From contig CACLXJ010000004.1 of NCBI GenBank assembly GCA_902610845.1, positions 7,116 to 71,115 on the forward strand: 64,000 nt of DNA, given 5' to 3'. This document shows, piece after piece, positions 63,368 to 64,000 of this stretch. A program made the position numbers and the translations under genes. The DNA comes from an uncultured Alphaproteobacteria bacterium (GTDB taxonomy: Bacteria; Pseudomonadota; Alphaproteobacteria; HIMB59; GCA-002718135). The notes below the pieces were generated by a model. The model was not told where the DNA came from and ran no database searches. It saw only the letters and a list, made by a program, of their open reading frames with translations. Position 1 is the first letter of the stretch, and each line of letters opens with the position of its first letter.

Positions 63368-63919
63368 ATGTTTAATCTAGTTGAAATAAAAAAGAAAAAT
63401 GTTTGTATAATGGGCCTGATGGGCTCTGGAAAATCTATAATTGGAAAAGATTTGAGCAAATATAGTAAATTAAAATTTTATGATACTGATAAGGAAATTG
63501 AATTAATAACTAAAAAAAGCATAAATGAAATCTTTGAAAAGGATGGGGAGTCATATTTTAGGAAAATTGAAGAAAAAATTTGTCTGGAGTTATTAACAAA
63601 AAATAATTGTATAATATCATTAGGAGGTGGAAGTATAATTAATAAAAATATCAGAAAAGCAATAAATCAAAATTCTTATTCTATTTATTTAGAAGTTAAG
63701 TTAGATAATTTAGAAAATAGATTAAAATCATCAAAAAAAAGACCCCTACTAAATAATAATTCTAACAATAAAGAAGCCTTGAAAAATCTATATAATCAGA
63801 GGCGAAAGTTTTATGAAAAAGCTGATTTTATTGTAAATAATGATAATGATAAATCACAAGTATTAGAAAAAATTAAATTTAAACTCAATTCGTATGCAAA
63901 AGAAAATAAACATAAATAA
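63368..63919 (+). CDS. aroK: Shikimate kinase
   Basis: GLMGSGKS, DTDKEIE, GESYFR..E, SLGGG, RPLL. Confidence 0.95.
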   Translation: MFNLVEIKKKNVCIMGLMGSGKSIIGKDLSKYSKLKFYDTDKEIELITKKSINEIFEKDGESYFRKIEEKICLELLTKNNCIISLGGGSIINKNIRKAINQNSYSIYLEVKLDNLENRLKSSKKRPLLNNNSNNKEALKNLYNQRRKFYEKADFIVNNDNDKSQVLEKIKFKLNSYAKENKHK

Positions 63920-64000
63920 TAAAAAATTAAAAACTTCAATATTAATAAAAAGAAATTTTATTTCAAAATTTGTTAAAAATATTGCAAAAAAAAATGAAAA
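63894..64000 (+). CDS. Partial CDS at window edge, probably 3-dehydroquinate synthase N-terminus
   Basis: Open frame from ATG 63894 (MQKKININNKKLKTSILIKRNF...) overlapping the aroK end. Identity inferred only from aroK-aroB synteny. Confidence 0.5.
   Translation, partial: MQKKININNKKLKTSILIKRNFISKFVKNIAKKNE

Noticed and set aside
1-64000. CRISPR arrays, tandem repeats, IS elements, riboswitches, rRNA
   Set aside because: No regularly spaced repeats, terminal inverted repeats, transposases or long structured non-coding regions were visible. A covariance-model scan was not possible.

Overview
Very AT-rich, densely packed bacterial chromosome segment with many overlapping stop/start codons. 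Gene content and order point to a streamlined marine alphaproteobacterium (SAR11/HIMB59-like); this placement is inference. Bases 1 to ~28 kb form an accessory glycoside uptake and oxidation region. It holds three ABC importers (a GtsA-like glucose type, a CUT1 system with a fused double permease, and an AgpA/MelB-like alpha-galactoside type), two GH4 glycosidases, Gfo/Idh/MocA and aldo-keto oxidoreductases, a class II FBP aldolase, a MocD-like di-iron enzyme, a degenerate PanB-fold protein and three PhyH-type Fe(II)/2OG enzymes. Two of the PhyH enzymes are paralogs with H-S-G where the iron-binding H-x-D motif normally sits, the signature of radical halogenases. One of them abuts an intact flavin-dependent halogenase gene that is translationally coupled to the galactoside transporter. 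This halogenase-like plus sugar-catabolism cluster is the main candidate for an undescribed system. Bases ~28 to 64 kb are core genome (rpoD, dnaG, carAB, greA, trxB, rpmJ, guaC, ispA, prmC, prfA, hisS, ispG, lysC, ubiG, argJ, secA, accA, aroK). The window has two tRNAs (CAU at ~14 kb, Val-GAC at ~45 kb). No CRISPR array, transposase, integrase or rRNA was seen.
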